Shown here one piece after another: positions 25,349-34,734 of a stretch of DNA of 49,433 nt. The stretch comes from Betaproteobacteria bacterium. GTDB lineage: Bacteria; Pseudomonadota; Gammaproteobacteria; Burkholderiales; Gallionellaceae. Where the stretch lies: contig JAGVIV010000017.1 of assembly GCA_020055845.1 (NCBI GenBank), positions 1 through 49,433 on the forward strand, read 5' to 3'. Position numbers and translations under genes: made by a program. Within the stretch, counting starts at the first letter, position 1, and every line of letters begins with the position of its first letter. Below the pieces are notes generated by a model. That model was not told the origin of the DNA. It did not search any database and saw only the letters and a list, made by a program, of their open reading frames with translations.

Positions 25349-26403
25349 CGGCTCAGCAAGCGTGACAGTTGTTCTAATACATCCGCAATTTCGATGCAGC
25401 ACATTGCATCGGGATGATGTACGCGGGTGTTCCATGCAACAAGCCGTGCATCTTTACCGAGGAAGCGGCTCACCGCTTCAGGATAACGATTCACAATAAA
25501 TTCATTGTGCTGATATGGGCCGCTCAATAAAGGTGGCGCTACCGCATACAGACCGATTACCGGTGTATTCATGGCCCGCGCGAGATGAACGGCTGCGGTG
25601 TCCGGTGCAATAAGGGCATCCACCGTGCCTAGTAATGCTGTGAGCTGCTTGGGAGTGGTGAGTCCGCACAGATCTCGGCCTCGTTCGCCTGCAACGGCAG
25701 CCAGTTGCCGACATGTCTCCCGCTCATAAAGAGATGTGCCTCCGGTAAATATAAAACTGCATTGCCAATTTTCTGCTGCTACGCGGATAACCTCCGCCAT
25801 TCTTTCCAATGGCCAATTTCGCTCTAATTTACTGGAGCAGGGATGGATGGCAATGAGCGGGCGCGGCAAGTCTTGAACTGCAGCTTGAGCCCATACAGTG
25901 TCATCTGCGGACAAAGGAAGATTCAATTCGACAGGTGCTGGAATGCATCCCAATAGTCGGTTGAAGGCGAGAAAACTATCCAGTAGATGTTCATTTTTAA
26001 ACGGGATGGCATGGTTGAAGAACAGCCATTGTCCTTCGCGCGCACGGGTTCGATCAAACCCTATTTTGATGGGCGCGTGCAGTGCCGGATAGAGCAGATT
26101 GATGCGTAAATTTGCCTGCATCGCAAGGACAACATCGAATCTGCGATGTTTGAAGGCACGGTAAAAGGCACGGTAGTCTGCCAGTGAATCCGGCTTGTCA
26201 AAAACTTCGAACTGCACGCCTTCTATGCCGTGCAACAGCGCGTATCCCAGCGGGCTGGTAATCCAGGTGAGGGTGGCAGCGGGCAGGCAGCGCTGAAGTT
26301 GGCGAGCCGCAGCCGCGACCAACGCAAGATCCCCCAACGCTGAAAAGCGCACGATGGCAATCTGGGGGTGTGACCCCAATTGAATGGGGGATTTTAGTAT
26401 CAC
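25345..26403 (-). CDS. glycosyltransferase family 9 (LPS heptosyltransferase-like)
   Basis: 352 aa with a GT9-typical N-terminus (IAIVRFSALGDLALV) and C-terminal DTAAVHLARAMNTPVIGLY. Confidence 0.75.
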   Translation of the reverse strand: MILKSPIQLGSHPQIAIVRFSALGDLALVAAAARQLQRCLPAATLTWITSPLGYALLHGIEGVQFEVFDKPDSLADYRAFYRAFKHRRFDVVLAMQANLRINLLYPALHAPIKIGFDRTRAREGQWLFFNHAIPFKNEHLLDSFLAFNRLLGCIPAPVELNLPLSADDTVWAQAAVQDLPRPLIAIHPCSSKLERNWPLERMAEVIRVAAENWQCSFIFTGGTSLYERETCRQLAAVAGERGRDLCGLTTPKQLTALLGTVDALIAPDTAAVHLARAMNTPVIGLYAVAPPLLSGPYQHNEFIVNRYPEAVSRFLGKDARLVAWNTRVHHPDAMCCIEIADVLEQLSRLLSR

Positions 26404-27485
26404 GCGGGATGCACCAGATGCTCGGAGCGATTTGCTTGCTTGAGATACTCCACCGTATTTTTCACATTTTGCGACGCATCTTTGTGGGTGACTAAAATGG
26501 CATCGGCAGTTTCCACGATAACCAAATCCCTCACCCCGATTGCAGCAACCAAACGACTTTCGGAACGGATGTAACAGTTATTTGTTTCTGCGGAATACAC
26601 ATCGCCTCGCAAAGTGTTGCCATTTGTATCGTGAGCACCTGTGTCTGCCAGCGACGACCATGAGCCAATATCACTCCAGCCTATGTTCACTGTCACCATC
26701 GCGGCTGCAAGTGTATGCTCCATAACGGCATAGTCAATCGATTCTGACGGGCAATCCGCAAACGCAGCTTTATCCAAGCGACAGAAATCGGGGTCGCGCT
26801 GGCCAAGTTGCCAAGCTCGCTCGGAGGCCGCATAGATATCGGGACGATGATGCTTTAATTCGGCCAGATAAGCAGATGCCTTAAATACAAACATGCCGCT
26901 ATTCCAGAAAAAATTACCCGAAGCGACAAATACTTTTGCATTTTGAAGACATGGTTTTTCTACAAAACGTGCCACTGTGTAGGCTTGGTCAGTCGTGCCT
27001 AAAGTCGCACCGCGCTCTATGTAACCAAACCCGGTCGCAGGTTCACTCGGTGTAATGCCGAAAGTAACCAATTTGTTTTGCTGTGCCAGCTTAAGGGCTG
27101 TCTGAATGGCGCGATGAAAGCTGTCTACGTCCTGAATCAAATGGTCTGCGGGTAAAACCAGCAGAATGGCTTCTGCATCATTTTCTTGTGCGGCTAATGC
27201 AGCAGCCGCGACGGCGGGTGCGGTATTGCGCCCGAAAGGTTCAAGTATTAACGCTAGGGGCGGCATATCAATTGCGCGTAATTGCTCAGCAGCAAAAAAA
27301 CGATGTTCGTTGTTGCACACAACGATGGGTGCAGCTATGTGTTCCAGCCCATGGAGGCGATTCAGTGTTTCTTGAAACATGGTTTGTTCAGAAACCAGTG
27401 GTAAAAACTGCTTTGGCAATGCAGCGCGGGAAAGTGGCCACAAACGTGTTCCGGAGCCGCCGGAAAGAATGACGGGATAGAGCAT
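26400..27485 (-). CDS. manC: mannose-1-phosphate guanylyltransferase (no C-terminal PMI/cupin domain)
   Basis: N-terminus PVILSGGSGTRLWPLSR and FVEKP motif. At 361 aa it is shorter than bifunctional ManC/PMI enzymes. Confidence 0.8.
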   Translation of the reverse strand: MLYPVILSGGSGTRLWPLSRAALPKQFLPLVSEQTMFQETLNRLHGLEHIAAPIVVCNNEHRFFAAEQLRAIDMPPLALILEPFGRNTAPAVAAAALAAQENDAEAILLVLPADHLIQDVDSFHRAIQTALKLAQQNKLVTFGITPSEPATGFGYIERGATLGTTDQAYTVARFVEKPCLQNAKVFVASGNFFWNSGMFVFKASAYLAELKHHRPDIYAASERAWQLGQRDPDFCRLDKAAFADCPSESIDYAVMEHTLAAAMVTVNIGWSDIGSWSSLADTGAHDTNGNTLRGDVYSAETNNCYIRSESRLVAAIGVRDLVIVETADAILVTHKDASQNVKNTVEYLKQANRSEHLVHPA

Positions 27486-27770
27486 GGGATATTATTTCCA
27501 CGGTGAAGAACAGGGCTGAATTATAATGCGAGGTCTGTTGATGCTAGAAGTCTTTTCCGGTGGGGAAAAGGGTGATGAGGTGCAGAATTTAGTCTAAAGC
27601 CACCAGTGCAATCCCGCACATTGACTCCGGCACTGCTGTATAGGTTTCGGAAAATTAAGTATGGAAGTGATTGTTTTGGCAGATGCTGCTTGATTAGGTA
27701 AAAATGAAAATTTTCCAAGTAGGCCGTGAGAAATCAGCCTTCCATTTGCAAGTAACGTGAAAAACTCTCT

Positions 27771-29270
27771 ATGAGTCTCAGTCGCAATCTATTGGCGGGA
27801 TTAGCTAATTCAATCTGGTCGGCATTGATAGGATTTGCGGTCGTTCCGTTTTATCTCAAATATCTTGGAATAGAAGCCTATGGGCTGATTGGCTTCTTTG
27901 TGACAACCCAAGCCGTATTGAGTTTGTTGGATATGGGGCTGGCCCCAACAATTAACCGCGAGGTTGCGCGTTGTTCAGCATTGGGTAGCTTAAAAGAAGC
28001 GGGAAGGCTGCTGCATACCCTTGCAGTTGTCTATTGGGGCATGGCGGTACTGATTGCGTTATTGATCCTGATACTCGCGCCATGGATTGCGGAATACTGG
28101 CTGCAATCTAAACAACTTTCATCGCAAACCATCGCACACTCCGTAATGTTGATGGGGCTGGTGGTGGCTTGCCGCTGGCCAGTCGGTTTGTATCAGGGCG
28201 CCTTGATCGGGGCGCAACGCTTGACAGTATCAAGTGGCATTAACATGACCATGACCACGATCAGCAGTTTAGGGGCAGTCGCTGTGCTGGTGTTTGTCTC
28301 GCCGACGATTGAAGCTTTTTTCATTTGGCAGGCATGTGTTGGAATTGTTTATGCGATCTCCATGAGATTGGCCGCATGGCATGTCATAGGAGAAGCACAA
28401 AAAATCAGCTTTGATCTTGTAGGGCTTAAACGCGTATGGAGGTTTTCTGCCGGAATGAGCGGTGTTGCACTATCTGCTACGGTATTAACTCAGTTGGACA
28501 AGGTAATTTTAAGTAAATTACTTGGATTAGAAGAGTATGGGCAATATATGCTTGCGACCCTGATGGTTAGTGGCTTGTATGTTTTGATATTACCTGTTTT
28601 CAATGTCGTATATCCGCGTTTATCGGCACTTGTGGTCACAGGAGAAACTGAAAAACTGACTGATCTATATCGGATAGGTACGCGGATGCTGGGAACGGTT
28701 CTTTTTCCAATTGCAATGGCTTTTGCTGTGTTTGCCGAGGAGATATTGAGAGTTTGGACGGGCAATCCGGCTCTATCTTCCAGTGTTGCACCGGTAGTTG
28801 CATTTTTGGCAATGGGGGCCGCACTTCATGGGGTCATGTTTTTTCCATATGCGCTGCAATTGGCTTATGGAAAAACGCGGTTGCCGCTCAAAATAAATTT
28901 GATACTGATAATAGCTTTGGTTCCACTGATTATTATGTTTGCGATGACATATGGCGTGTTGGGCGGTGCAATGGCTTGGCTTGTCTTTCAAGTGTTATAT
29001 TTGATGCTAGGGACGTGGTTAACACATCGTCAATTGCTTAAAGGTATAGGCTTAAAATGGTTGTTGCAGGATGTTGGCATCCCGCTTGGTTTGTCCCTGC
29101 TGGCCGGAATTTTTGGATATTTTGTAATTCGAAATGCCGGTTATTCATTTGGTGTGAAATTGATAAGTGGAAGCATGCTGACAATTGTAGTGGCGTTACT
29201 CTCCTTCGCGGTATTGCCAAAAGTAGTTAAGAATATTTTGTTGCATCAAGTAGGTTTGCGAAAAACCTGA
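27771..29270 (+). CDS. wzx: oligosaccharide flippase (Wzx/MOP superfamily)
   Basis: 499 aa with roughly 12-14 predicted TM helices. The N-terminus (LAGLANSIWSALIGFAVVPFYLKYLGIEAYGLIGFF) is typical of polysaccharide-biosynthesis flippases. Confidence 0.7.
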   Translation: MSLSRNLLAGLANSIWSALIGFAVVPFYLKYLGIEAYGLIGFFVTTQAVLSLLDMGLAPTINREVARCSALGSLKEAGRLLHTLAVVYWGMAVLIALLILILAPWIAEYWLQSKQLSSQTIAHSVMLMGLVVACRWPVGLYQGALIGAQRLTVSSGINMTMTTISSLGAVAVLVFVSPTIEAFFIWQACVGIVYAISMRLAAWHVIGEAQKISFDLVGLKRVWRFSAGMSGVALSATVLTQLDKVILSKLLGLEEYGQYMLATLMVSGLYVLILPVFNVVYPRLSALVVTGETEKLTDLYRIGTRMLGTVLFPIAMAFAVFAEEILRVWTGNPALSSSVAPVVAFLAMGAALHGVMFFPYALQLAYGKTRLPLKINLILIIALVPLIIMFAMTYGVLGGAMAWLVFQVLYLMLGTWLTHRQLLKGIGLKWLLQDVGIPLGLSLLAGIFGYFVIRNAGYSFGVKLISGSMLTIVVALLSFAVLPKVVKNILLHQVGLRKT

Positions 29271-29299
29271 GATCACTTTTGCCAGGCTTGAGGATTAAA

Positions 29300-30073
29300 A
29301 TGAAAAATATAAATGTTGCTGAGACGTATTATTCCCAGTTTGGTGAGGATAGAATTTTGGCTGAAATATTCAACCAAAAGACCAGTGGGTTATGCGTCGA
29401 GGTCGGTGCAAATGACGGTGTTAATGACAGCAACACTATGTATTTCGAAAAAGCGGGATGGAATTGTATTTTGGTTGAGCCAAATCCCGTTTTATGCAAA
29501 ATGATTCGAGCCTCACGAAGCTCGGTATTGTTTGAATTGGCAGCTTCTGATAAGGCGGGTGACGTTACGCTTTTTGTGGCAGAAGGCGCGGAAAGAGCCC
29601 ATGGGGTATCAACCATTAATGCCGGGGAAGACGAGTTAAATAAAATTAAGTCATATGGCTTTACCTACAGAGAAGTGAAAGTTCAAACCAAAACGCTGGA
29701 TGAAATATTAAGCGGCTTAAAGCCGGGCAGTGAAATTGATTTCATTTCTGTAGATGTAGAGGGGCATGAGCTGGAGGTGCTTAGCGGGTTTTCCTTGGAA
29801 CGTTGGCGTCCGGCAGTTATTTTGGTTGAAGATAATTCAAATTTTGAAGATGCTGCGGTGAGCAATTATTTAAGCAGGTTCGGATATTTTTGCTTTAAGC
29901 GAACTGGCGTAAATGACTGGTATGCGCATGAGAGTAACGCAACGCTCGTGAATAGACTTAGCAGGTGCCGGTATAACTGGCTCGCCTTTAAAGGAAGAGT
30001 AAAAAATAAAATTAAAAAAATACCCGGCGTTGTAAAGGCGAGGAATTTTCTATTGAACCGCTCAGTGAAATGA
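29300..30073 (+). CDS. FkbM-family SAM-dependent methyltransferase
   Basis: Contains FGEDRIL...CVEVGANDGVNDSNT and ISVDVEGHELEVL segments typical of FkbM-type methyltransferases. The ATG at 29300 lies 6 nt after the GAGGA SD. Confidence 0.75.
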   Translation: MKNINVAETYYSQFGEDRILAEIFNQKTSGLCVEVGANDGVNDSNTMYFEKAGWNCILVEPNPVLCKMIRASRSSVLFELAASDKAGDVTLFVAEGAERAHGVSTINAGEDELNKIKSYGFTYREVKVQTKTLDEILSGLKPGSEIDFISVDVEGHELEVLSGFSLERWRPAVILVEDNSNFEDAAVSNYLSRFGYFCFKRTGVNDWYAHESNATLVNRLSRCRYNWLAFKGRVKNKIKKIPGVVKARNFLLNRSVK

Positions 30074-31074
30074 AACGTCTCTCCATTTGTATCCCAACTT
30101 ATAATTTCGGGAAATTTATTGGTGTAACACTGGATAGTATTTTGCCGCAACTTTCCGAGGGAGTTGAGGTGATAGTGTTAGATGGTGGGTCGACAGATGG
30201 AACGGCTATCGAGGTGGCGTCCAGACAGAGAAATTGTCCGCAGTTGCATTATATCCAGCAAGGTTTTCGTGGCGGAATTGACCGTGATATAGAGATGGTC
30301 GTGAGCTTGGCAACCGGAAAATACTGCTGGTTGTTTTCTGCTGATGACATCATGTTGTCAGGCGCAATTGAAAAAATACTGAAGGCGATTGAATCGGACT
30401 GTGATGTTTACCTCTGTGAGCATGTGTTGTGCAATTTAAAGATGGATCCTATTTGCGAATACCCGCCTTTAATGAATCAGCATGGTCCTTGCCTATTTAA
30501 CTTGGGGGAGGCGCTTCAGAGAAGGGAATATTTTCGTTTGGCCAGAACCAGTGAGGCATTCTTCAGCTTCATGTCCAGCCCAATATTCAAGAAAGAAACT
30601 TGGGATGCCGCGACAGTGCCGGAATCATTTCGAGGCAGTTGCTGGATTGTTGCCGGACATTTGTTAAGCATGATTCCCAAAGGACTCACGGTATATTATC
30701 TGGCTGAAATATCGCTTCATAAGCGGGGCGAGAACGATTCATTTGCAGACCGAGGTATAGTCAATCGCTTTCGAATCGCAATTGAATCATTTCAACATGT
30801 TGCCAATATGGTGTTTGGCGAACGCTCAGAAGAGGCTTTTCACATTAGGCGGGTGCTACAGCAAGATATTCCGCTCCGGTATTTGATGTTGGCGAAATTG
30901 CGCGCTACGGAAAGTCCAGCATTTGAAGATATTCAAGTGCTTAATCGGATTGTTGGGATGCATTATGCGGATCCGGGTTTGGGCAATTGGATAAGGTATG
31001 CAATGTACAAAGTCGCACACCCTTTAATTCTTAAGCTGGTTCATCACCAGCAAAGATACTGGAGGAAGATGTGA
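30070..31074 (+). CDS. glycosyltransferase family 2
   Basis: N-terminal GT-A fold (LSICIPTYNFGKFIGVTLDSILPQ...VIVLDGGSTDGT...WLFSADD). ATGA overlap with the FkbM stop. Confidence 0.7.
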   Translation: MKRLSICIPTYNFGKFIGVTLDSILPQLSEGVEVIVLDGGSTDGTAIEVASRQRNCPQLHYIQQGFRGGIDRDIEMVVSLATGKYCWLFSADDIMLSGAIEKILKAIESDCDVYLCEHVLCNLKMDPICEYPPLMNQHGPCLFNLGEALQRREYFRLARTSEAFFSFMSSPIFKKETWDAATVPESFRGSCWIVAGHLLSMIPKGLTVYYLAEISLHKRGENDSFADRGIVNRFRIAIESFQHVANMVFGERSEEAFHIRRVLQQDIPLRYLMLAKLRATESPAFEDIQVLNRIVGMHYADPGLGNWIRYAMYKVAHPLILKLVHHQQRYWRKM

Positions 31075-31116
31075 AGCCCAAAAAGAAGAGGTCGGCAACA
31101 TCGCGATTTAAGGAAT

Positions 31117-32190
31117 ATGGCGGTGGAGTATCTCATGAGCCAAGCTAACAATTTGAATGCTGTCCGGGACGTGCCAAAATTGTCCATTTGTATTGCGACC
31201 TACAATAGAGGGCCCTTTATTGCCGATACATTGGATTCGATTCTGGCTCAATTCGAACCTGGAGTTGAGCTTGTAGTTGTGGATGGCGCATCGCCCGATA
31301 ATACTTCAGAGGTGATGGCGAAATATGTGTCTGGTCACCCTGAAATTCGTTATTACCGTGAGCAAGAAAATTCCGGCGTAGACCGCGATTACGACAAAGC
31401 GGTTGGTTATGCGAGAGGGGAATACTGCTGGTTGATGACGGATGATGACTTATTGTGCCCTGGGGCGGTTTCTCGTGTACTTGATGCAATAAAAGATAGC
31501 GTCGATCTGGTTGTGGTGAATTCCGAAGTCAGAAATGCAGACTTTACTAGAGTACTTCGGGCTCGCATTCTCAATTTTACAAACGATAGGGCATACACAG
31601 CGACAGATGGAGAGAAGTTTTTTTCGGAAGTGGCAAATTATCTATCGTTCATTGGCGGTGTTGTCATTAAACGTTGTGTATGGCTTGAGCGTGACAGGTT
31701 AAGTTATTTTGGAACATTGTTTATTCATGTGGGTGTGATTTTTCAACATCCCCCGATAAGCAAAGTTAAAGTAATCGCAGACCCGTTGATCATTATTCGT
31801 TATGGCAATGCGATGTGGACATCGCGTGGATTTGAAATTTGGATGTTCAAATGGCCCCAGTTGATTTGGTCATTTAGAGACTTCTCTGAGCTATCGAAGT
31901 CAGTTGTGTGTGCAAAAGAGCCTTGGCGCCAGATAAGTCAGCTCGTTTTGTATCGAGCTATAGGTGGCTATGGCATGAACGAATACAGTCAGTTACTGGC
32001 GGATAGAACCAACGGCTGGTATTGTGGAATGGCTATGACTATAGCCATGTTTCCCGCTGCTATGGTCAACGGATTTGCGGCTCTATATTGCGTTCTTGCA
32101 AAAAGGAATGCCAAATCAACTTTATATGACATAACGCGTAGCAGGCATGCTACTTGGGTAAGCCGGCTATTGGATAGATTGCTTGGATAA
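31117..32190 (+). CDS. glycosyltransferase family 2 (paralogue of the preceding gene)
   Basis: LSICIATYNRGPFIADTLDSILAQ...VVVDGASPDNT...WLMTDDD, collinear with the upstream GT2 over about 110 aa. An alternative start exists at 31135. Confidence 0.7.
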   Translation: MAVEYLMSQANNLNAVRDVPKLSICIATYNRGPFIADTLDSILAQFEPGVELVVVDGASPDNTSEVMAKYVSGHPEIRYYREQENSGVDRDYDKAVGYARGEYCWLMTDDDLLCPGAVSRVLDAIKDSVDLVVVNSEVRNADFTRVLRARILNFTNDRAYTATDGEKFFSEVANYLSFIGGVVIKRCVWLERDRLSYFGTLFIHVGVIFQHPPISKVKVIADPLIIIRYGNAMWTSRGFEIWMFKWPQLIWSFRDFSELSKSVVCAKEPWRQISQLVLYRAIGGYGMNEYSQLLADRTNGWYCGMAMTIAMFPAAMVNGFAALYCVLAKRNAKSTLYDITRSRHATWVSRLLDRLLG

Positions 32191-32217
32191 GCTTTAGATA
32201 GGCATAAATGAGTTGTT

Positions 32218-32248
32218 TTGGCAGTGTTATTGTCTGCCAAGGGTTTTG
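32218..32248 (+). terminator. candidate weak intrinsic terminator inside the glycan cluster
   Basis: TTGGCAG-N9-CTGCCAA forms a 7-bp stem, followed by GGGTTTTG. Confidence 0.35.
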
Positions 32249-32339
32249 CCATCTTAGTGCCCGCTGTTAGAATGGTCAAAATGCGCAGGACTAGTCCAAG
32301 AGAATTGAAGAAAATGTGGGACGAACATGGAGAATAACG

Positions 32340-33575
32340 ATGTACAAAAAAAATGAAAAATGCAAAATTTGTGGCAATACTCATCTGGAGTGTGTGCTGG
32401 ATTTGGGTGAACAAATGTTGACAGGAGTATTTCCTCGCGAGAAGAATGCAAAGGTTACGAAAGGCCCGCTACGCCTAGTGAAGTGCACGGGAGAAGAGGG
32501 GGCTTCCTGCGGCCTGCTGCAGCTAGAGCATTCATATGATCTGGGTGAGATGTATGGTGAAAATTACGGCTATCGCTCCGGCCTAAATGCCAGCATGGTG
32601 GCGCATCTTCACAAAAAAGTGGAAAGAATCCTGGGGTTGGTCGAGCTGCAAAAAGGTGATCTGGTTATTGATATTGGTAGCAATGATAGTACTACGCTGC
32701 AGGCATATCCATCCTCAGGCCCTGTGTTGGTAGGTGTTGATCCGACCGGAGTTAAATTCCACAGTTATTACCCCCCTCATATTCAATTAATTCCGGATTT
32801 CTTTTCTGCTGCTTTGGTGAAAGCTCGTTTCCCGGAACAAAAAGCAAAGGTAATTACCTCGTTTTCTATGTTTTATGATTTGGAAGATCCGACGGGTTTT
32901 ATGCGCCAGGTGTATGACGTTCTAGCAGATGACGGGGTTTGGGTGTTCGAGCAGAGCTACATGCCTACAATGCTTGAAACAAATTCTTATGACACGGTGT
33001 GTCATGAGCATTTGGAGTTTTATGCATTACGGCAGATCAAGTGGATGACGGATCGGGTAGGATTTAAGATACTCGACGTTGAATTCAATGATGTAAATGG
33101 TGGTAGCTTTTCAATAACGGTGGCTAAATCTTTAGGAAATTCGGAAGTGATCCCGTTGGTGCAGAAAATTCTGGAGGATGAGCGTGCCAAGGGGCTTGAT
33201 ACGCTTGCGCCATACCAAGCTTTTGCAAAGCGGGTTGCCGCTTCCAAGTATGAGTTATTGGAGTTTATTAAGGCAGCCAAAGCTGAAGGCAAGGTAGTAG
33301 GTGCGCTGGGGGCATCAACCAAAGGAAACGTGTTGCTGCAATATTGTGGATTAACCGAGAAGGAAGTTTCGTTCGTCGGCGAAGTGAATGCCGAAAAGTA
33401 TGGCTGTTTTACCCCGGGCTCATGGATACCGATTGTCCCGGAAAATGACCTTCTTCTGAATGAGCCAGATTACCTGATTGTTCTTCCTTGGCATTTCAAA
33501 AAGTTTTTTGTGGCCAAGCGTAAATGGAAGCATGCAAAGCTGGTTTTCCCGTTACCTCATCTTGAGATTGTTTGA
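32340..33575 (+). CDS. class I SAM methyltransferase with N-terminal 4-Cys zinc ribbon (NDP-hexose C-methyltransferase-like architecture)
   Basis: CKICGN...C...C Zn-ribbon, SAM motif LVIDIGSNDSTTLQ, and a long C-terminal domain. The ATG at 32340 lies 6 nt after the GGAGA SD. Confidence 0.65.
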   Translation: MYKKNEKCKICGNTHLECVLDLGEQMLTGVFPREKNAKVTKGPLRLVKCTGEEGASCGLLQLEHSYDLGEMYGENYGYRSGLNASMVAHLHKKVERILGLVELQKGDLVIDIGSNDSTTLQAYPSSGPVLVGVDPTGVKFHSYYPPHIQLIPDFFSAALVKARFPEQKAKVITSFSMFYDLEDPTGFMRQVYDVLADDGVWVFEQSYMPTMLETNSYDTVCHEHLEFYALRQIKWMTDRVGFKILDVEFNDVNGGSFSITVAKSLGNSEVIPLVQKILEDERAKGLDTLAPYQAFAKRVAASKYELLEFIKAAKAEGKVVGALGASTKGNVLLQYCGLTEKEVSFVGEVNAEKYGCFTPGSWIPIVPENDLLLNEPDYLIVLPWHFKKFFVAKRKWKHAKLVFPLPHLEIV

Positions 33576-33681
33576 CCTTGGATAACTTTCCGCTGCACGC
33601 AAATGGTGTCGTGCCAAGTGTTGGCATGGTTGGGTCACATTTGCTTAAAAACAACCGTAAGTATATATAAGGGCAGCCAGA

Positions 33682-34734
33682 TTGACGCTCAACAATGTTT
33701 CAACGGCTCCTGTAGTGATCGCCAGTGTAACCCCTTCTGTTTCTGAGGTGGGGCGCGTAGTCGTAGTGATGGCTACGTATAACGGAGGATGTTTTATTGA
33801 AGAGCAAATTCGTAGCATTCAAACACAAAGCTATTCCGACTGGACGCTGTATGTGCGTGACGACGGGTCGAGTGATGATACTGTACAGAAAGTTTCGCAA
33901 ATTGAATGCGCAGATAATCGCGTTAAGTTGATCAGAGATGATGTCGGCAATCAAGGGGCAATAGGTAATTTTTCAAGCTTGATGGGAGTGGCGCTTGAAA
34001 AAAATGCAAAATATGTTTTTTTTGCGGATCAGGATGATGTTTGGCATCCTGAAAAGATAGCAATGCAGCTTGCGGCAATGTTAGAAATGGAGCGAATATA
34101 TGGTGTTCAAACCCCTTTGCTGGTACATAGTGATTTGACCGTAGTTAGTGAAGCGTTGGATCTTATTTCCGAGTCATTTGTAATGTTTTCCGGGTTGTCG
34201 CCAGCCACGTCTGATCTTGGGGTGTTGCTCTGTCAGAATCAGGTGACGGGATGTGCATGTGCCAGTAACCGAGCCTTGCTGGAGTTGGCTTGCCCAGTTC
34301 CATGTGAAGCGCGTATGCATGACTGGTGGTTAGCGTTGCTTGCATCATCTTGTGGGAAAGTAGGATATATTCCAAAGCCATTGGTGAAATATAGGCAGCA
34401 TGGTAACAATGTTTTGGGCGCCATTTCGTTTAGTCAAAGACTAAAAAGATTATTATTTTCGCCTCAGCGGTGGAAAATACAAAAGGCTGCAATTGAACGC
34501 GGCACTGTACAGGCTGAAATGCTTGAGATGCGCATTAAAATACGAGGTATTGAATTGTCGCCGGTCATAATGGAGCAAGTTAATGTCTATGCACAAATCT
34601 TGCGTACACATTTTCTTTGTAGGGCAAACAAGCTACGCCAACAAAAAATAGGCATGCATGTAACTATAGCCCAATGGGGTTTTAACCTATTGCTTTCCTT
34701 CATGAAAAAGAAGGAGGTCAAACCTGTTGCCTAA
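33682..34734 (+). CDS. glycosyltransferase family 2 (rhamnosyltransferase-like)
   Basis: VVVMATYNGGCFIEEQIRSIQTQSYSDWTLYVRDDGSSDDT plus FADQDDVW (DxD). TTG start at 33682, 8 nt after AAGGG. Confidence 0.7.
   Translation: MTLNNVSTAPVVIASVTPSVSEVGRVVVVMATYNGGCFIEEQIRSIQTQSYSDWTLYVRDDGSSDDTVQKVSQIECADNRVKLIRDDVGNQGAIGNFSSLMGVALEKNAKYVFFADQDDVWHPEKIAMQLAAMLEMERIYGVQTPLLVHSDLTVVSEALDLISESFVMFSGLSPATSDLGVLLCQNQVTGCACASNRALLELACPVPCEARMHDWWLALLASSCGKVGYIPKPLVKYRQHGNNVLGAISFSQRLKRLLFSPQRWKIQKAAIERGTVQAEMLEMRIKIRGIELSPVIMEQVNVYAQILRTHFLCRANKLRQQKIGMHVTIAQWGFNLLLSFMKKKEVKPVA

Noticed and set aside
27486-27770. Search for a JUMPstart/ops (GGCGGTAG) element, and the 65-aa ORF at 27521-27718, in the manC-wzx divergent region.
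   Set aside because: No GGCGGTAG or close variant occurs on either strand. The 65-aa ORF has no SD and an implausible composition. The region is best treated as promoter DNA. A 6-bp inverted repeat, CAGTGC-N20-GCACTG, is present but unremarkable.
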